A DNA stretch of 64,000 bases from Azolla caroliniana (taxonomy: Eukaryota; Plantae; Polypodiophyta), in NCBI GenBank assembly GCA_043228905.1, contig JBHGNT010000014.1, positions 4,030,001-4,094,000 of the forward strand. The letters run 5' to 3'. Positions 61,301 through 64,000 of this stretch are shown one piece after another. Below the pieces are notes generated by a model, which had not been told where the DNA came from, did not search any database, and was given only the letters and a program-made list of their open reading frames with translations. The position numbers were made by a program, and so were the translations under genes. Numbering within the stretch: position 1 is the first letter of the stretch; each line of letters opens with the position of its first letter.

Positions 61301-64000
61301 ATTACCTTCCAACGTGGGAAGACAAAAATAAGTCCCATAGTCGTCGTGCCGAAAAAGAATAGGAAAATTCGGGTGTGTGTTGATTACCGGAAACTCAACG
61401 CGGCAACAATTACCAACGCCTTTTCACTGCCATTTACGGATGGAGTGCTGGACGCGGTAACCGATCATGAAGTGTATAGCTTCCTAAACGGTTTCAGCAG
61501 CTACAATCAAATAAGGATGCACCCCGACGACCAAGACAAGACAACATTTGTCACTGAATGGGAGTCTTTGTCGCAATGGTAATGATGTTCGGGCTCAAGA
61601 CCGCGCCGACAACCTTTCAATGAATAATCATGGAAATATTTGGCGAGTTCATTCCGATATTCATGCAGGTTTTCCTAGATGACTTCGCCATGTATAGCCG
61701 AGAAGGAGAACATCTCCAACACCTCTGGCTATGTCTTGAGAAATGTAGAAGTTATCGGCTAAGCCTGAATCCAACAAAATGTGTGTTCGGAGTAACAAGC
61801 GGTGCATTGTTGGGCCATTTGGTTAGCAAGGACGGGATTGCGGTAAACCTCGATAAGGTGAAAGCAATCTTAGAAGCACCGACACCATCAACGGCGAAAG
61901 TAAATCCAGTGGCATAGCCGGATGCTTCGGTATTTGGCCGATCTTGCTACACCATTGCATGTTGCGGTTCACCGGACACCGTTCCAATGGACGAATACAG
62001 AGGATGAGGCTTACCGGGCATTGAAAGTACTGTTATCACAAGCACCGGTGGTGCAACCACCAAACTGGTCGAAAGAATTCCACGTGTTTGAGGATGCGTC
62101 CGACATAGCAATCGACAACGCACTAATGCAACTGATGGAACCGAAATGGTACCGACCGGTCTATTATGCTAGCCGGAAGCTATCCCAGGCAGAACGGAAT
62201 TATTCAACAATGGAAAGAGAAGCCTTAGGGATGATTTACAGTGTTACCAAGTTCAGGCACTATTTATTGGGAAGGAATCTTTCTTTCCATGTCGACCACT
62301 CAGCGCTATTATATTTGGTCTCAAAGGCATCACTCACCAGCAAGTTGGCCCGATGGACATTGTTGCTTCAAGAGTTCGAGTTCCAAATATATCACCGGCT
62401 GGGGATACAGCATGCGGTTGCCGATTATCTGAGCCGGTTAGACTCCAGTGAGACTGGTGACGGAGTCCCGAATGAGTTTCCGGATGCTGAGTTGTTTAAA
62501 GTAACGGCCGAAACGGCAACTATTGGCATGGTAGTCGACGAAGACAAGTGGATAACCAACATGCATCAATTCCTAAGCATGAGACTTCCACCGGAGGAGA
62601 TGAACCGGGATGAGCGGAAGCGGTTAGCGGTGCAAAGTCGACATTTTTGTCTACTACAAGACACTCTGTACCACAAAGGTGCGGATGGCATATGTTGGCG
62701 AGCAGTACGAAGCGACGAAAAGGACATGATATTACGAGAAGCGCACTGTGGCGTGGTCGGACGACAAGGAAGATATGGCACAGCAGGCTATGGTGGCCGA
62801 TGACACTGAAGGTCTCGGTTCGGTACGCGAAGATCTGTGATTTATGTCAACGGATGGGCCAACCAATAGAACATGCAAGGATGCCTCACCAGCCGGTGCT
62901 ACCCTTAGAACCATTTCAGAAATGGGGGTTGTATTTCGTTGGGCCATTTAAACCTCCGGCAATAGATATGTCATAGTTGACAGGAACTGCACGCTCCCTA
63001 TACGCAACGCTCGGTCACAACCGAGTTTAGAAGCATACACAGAAAAACGGGAAAGAAAGCACGACGCGAAGAAGAGAAGAGTACACAGGATGTTTATGTG
63101 GAAAACCCAAACTAAGGGACAAAACCACGGTAGCCCACAGGCTGCAAACTATCACTATGTTAGAATGTACAACAGTGAGTTCACAGAGGCAACGACCTCG
63201 TGCTCACGATCCTTGCCATAGGCGGTGGTTACAACAAAGGCAACGACCTCTTTCTCTCTCTCTCTCTCATTGTACACAGTTACGCGCTCTCTCTTTTCTT
63301 GCACCAACAAGAATGACAACAACATCAGTCTAAAAGTTTGCCCTAAGTCATATTTATACTAATATGACTTTTCGGCTATTTACAAATATAGCCTCAATGG
63401 ACTCTCAGAAACATATTTACGAATATGTCTCTTTATCCGGTGAGCATTCCTCACCGGGTCTGCACCATCCGGCTCTCCGTAGCCGGGTACTCCTCAGCCT
63501 ATCGGCCTCGGCCGAGTTTGTTCATCAGCACTGTTCTTCTCCCTTCCCATCCGGAGGGACCTATCTCCCAACAATAGTCGCCACTGATTATTGCACCAAG
63601 TGGGTAGAAGCCAAGGCGTTGTGGGACAACACTGTGGTTTCAACGGCAATGTTCTTATATGAGTACATTTGGTGCTGGTATGGATGCCCGATCGAGTTAA
63701 TTAGCGACCAAGGCGGACATTTTCTCGGTCAAGTAGTGGAGAGCTTAACAACATTTTATGCAGTCATACACAATCGCAATACCCCGTATTATCCACAGGA
63801 CAATGGACTGGCCGAATCCACAAACAAAACGCTCCAAAACATCCTCCGAAAGATCGTCAATGAAAACCGGACCGATTGGGACACCAAACTGTATAGTGCA
63901 CTATGGGCATACCGGATAACATACAAAACAAGTATCCGGTTAACACCATTCCGGTTAGCATTTGGGCTTGAAGCAGTAATGTTGATCGAATTTCAGGTTC
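58369..64000 (+). mobile_element. Gypsy E, close relative of C, degenerate, runs off the window
   Basis: LTR remnant ending at 58740 (5' boundary uncertain), PBS TGGCGACCAC at 58748, gag from 58796, deletion near 61330, RT/RNase H/IN fragments. Confidence 0.88.
62978..63573 (-). repeat. Copia solo LTR (596 bp) inserted in the integrase of E
   Basis: TG...CA ends, TSD ATAGT on both sides, homologous to the LTRs of F. Confidence 0.92.

Overview
Repeat-dense land-plant nuclear DNA; a seed-free plant (fern, lycophyte or bryophyte) is my inference from the element types. The only clearly intact host gene is a 5-exon UDP-rhamnose/UDP-galactose transporter (URGT family, 54565-56556). Most of the window is a six-layer nest of LTR elements, resolved with target-site duplications (TSDs). 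From outermost to innermost: degenerate Copia (11564-49951), solo LTR (14544-49465), Gypsy B (14668-48781, -), Gypsy C (15434-40120, +), Gypsy D (22553-37243, -), Copia F (24856-30176, +). A fourth related Gypsy (E) starts near 58370. The main discovery is that all three complete Athila-like Gypsy elements lack a polypurine tract (PPT). In its place, 2 nt before the 3' LTR, each carries a ~40-nt tRNA-Arg-like 3' half: T-stem, TTCG, an inserted covarying hairpin, acceptor strand and CCA. This reads as an inverted second PBS and suggests a tRNA-based or tRNA-mimic plus-strand priming mechanism. These elements also share a long non-env ORF3, an ATGGATG overlapping uORF at the gag start, and a purine tract after pol. 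Also present are a young gag-only LTR element with a tRNA-Trp PBS, 4-bp TSD and a tRNA-like A/B-box module in its LTRs, and a decayed multi-exon gene (RING domain, adjacent FCP1-like exon) with a 1.7-kb palindromic satellite in one intron. tRNA sequences used for comparison are recalled from memory and need database confirmation.
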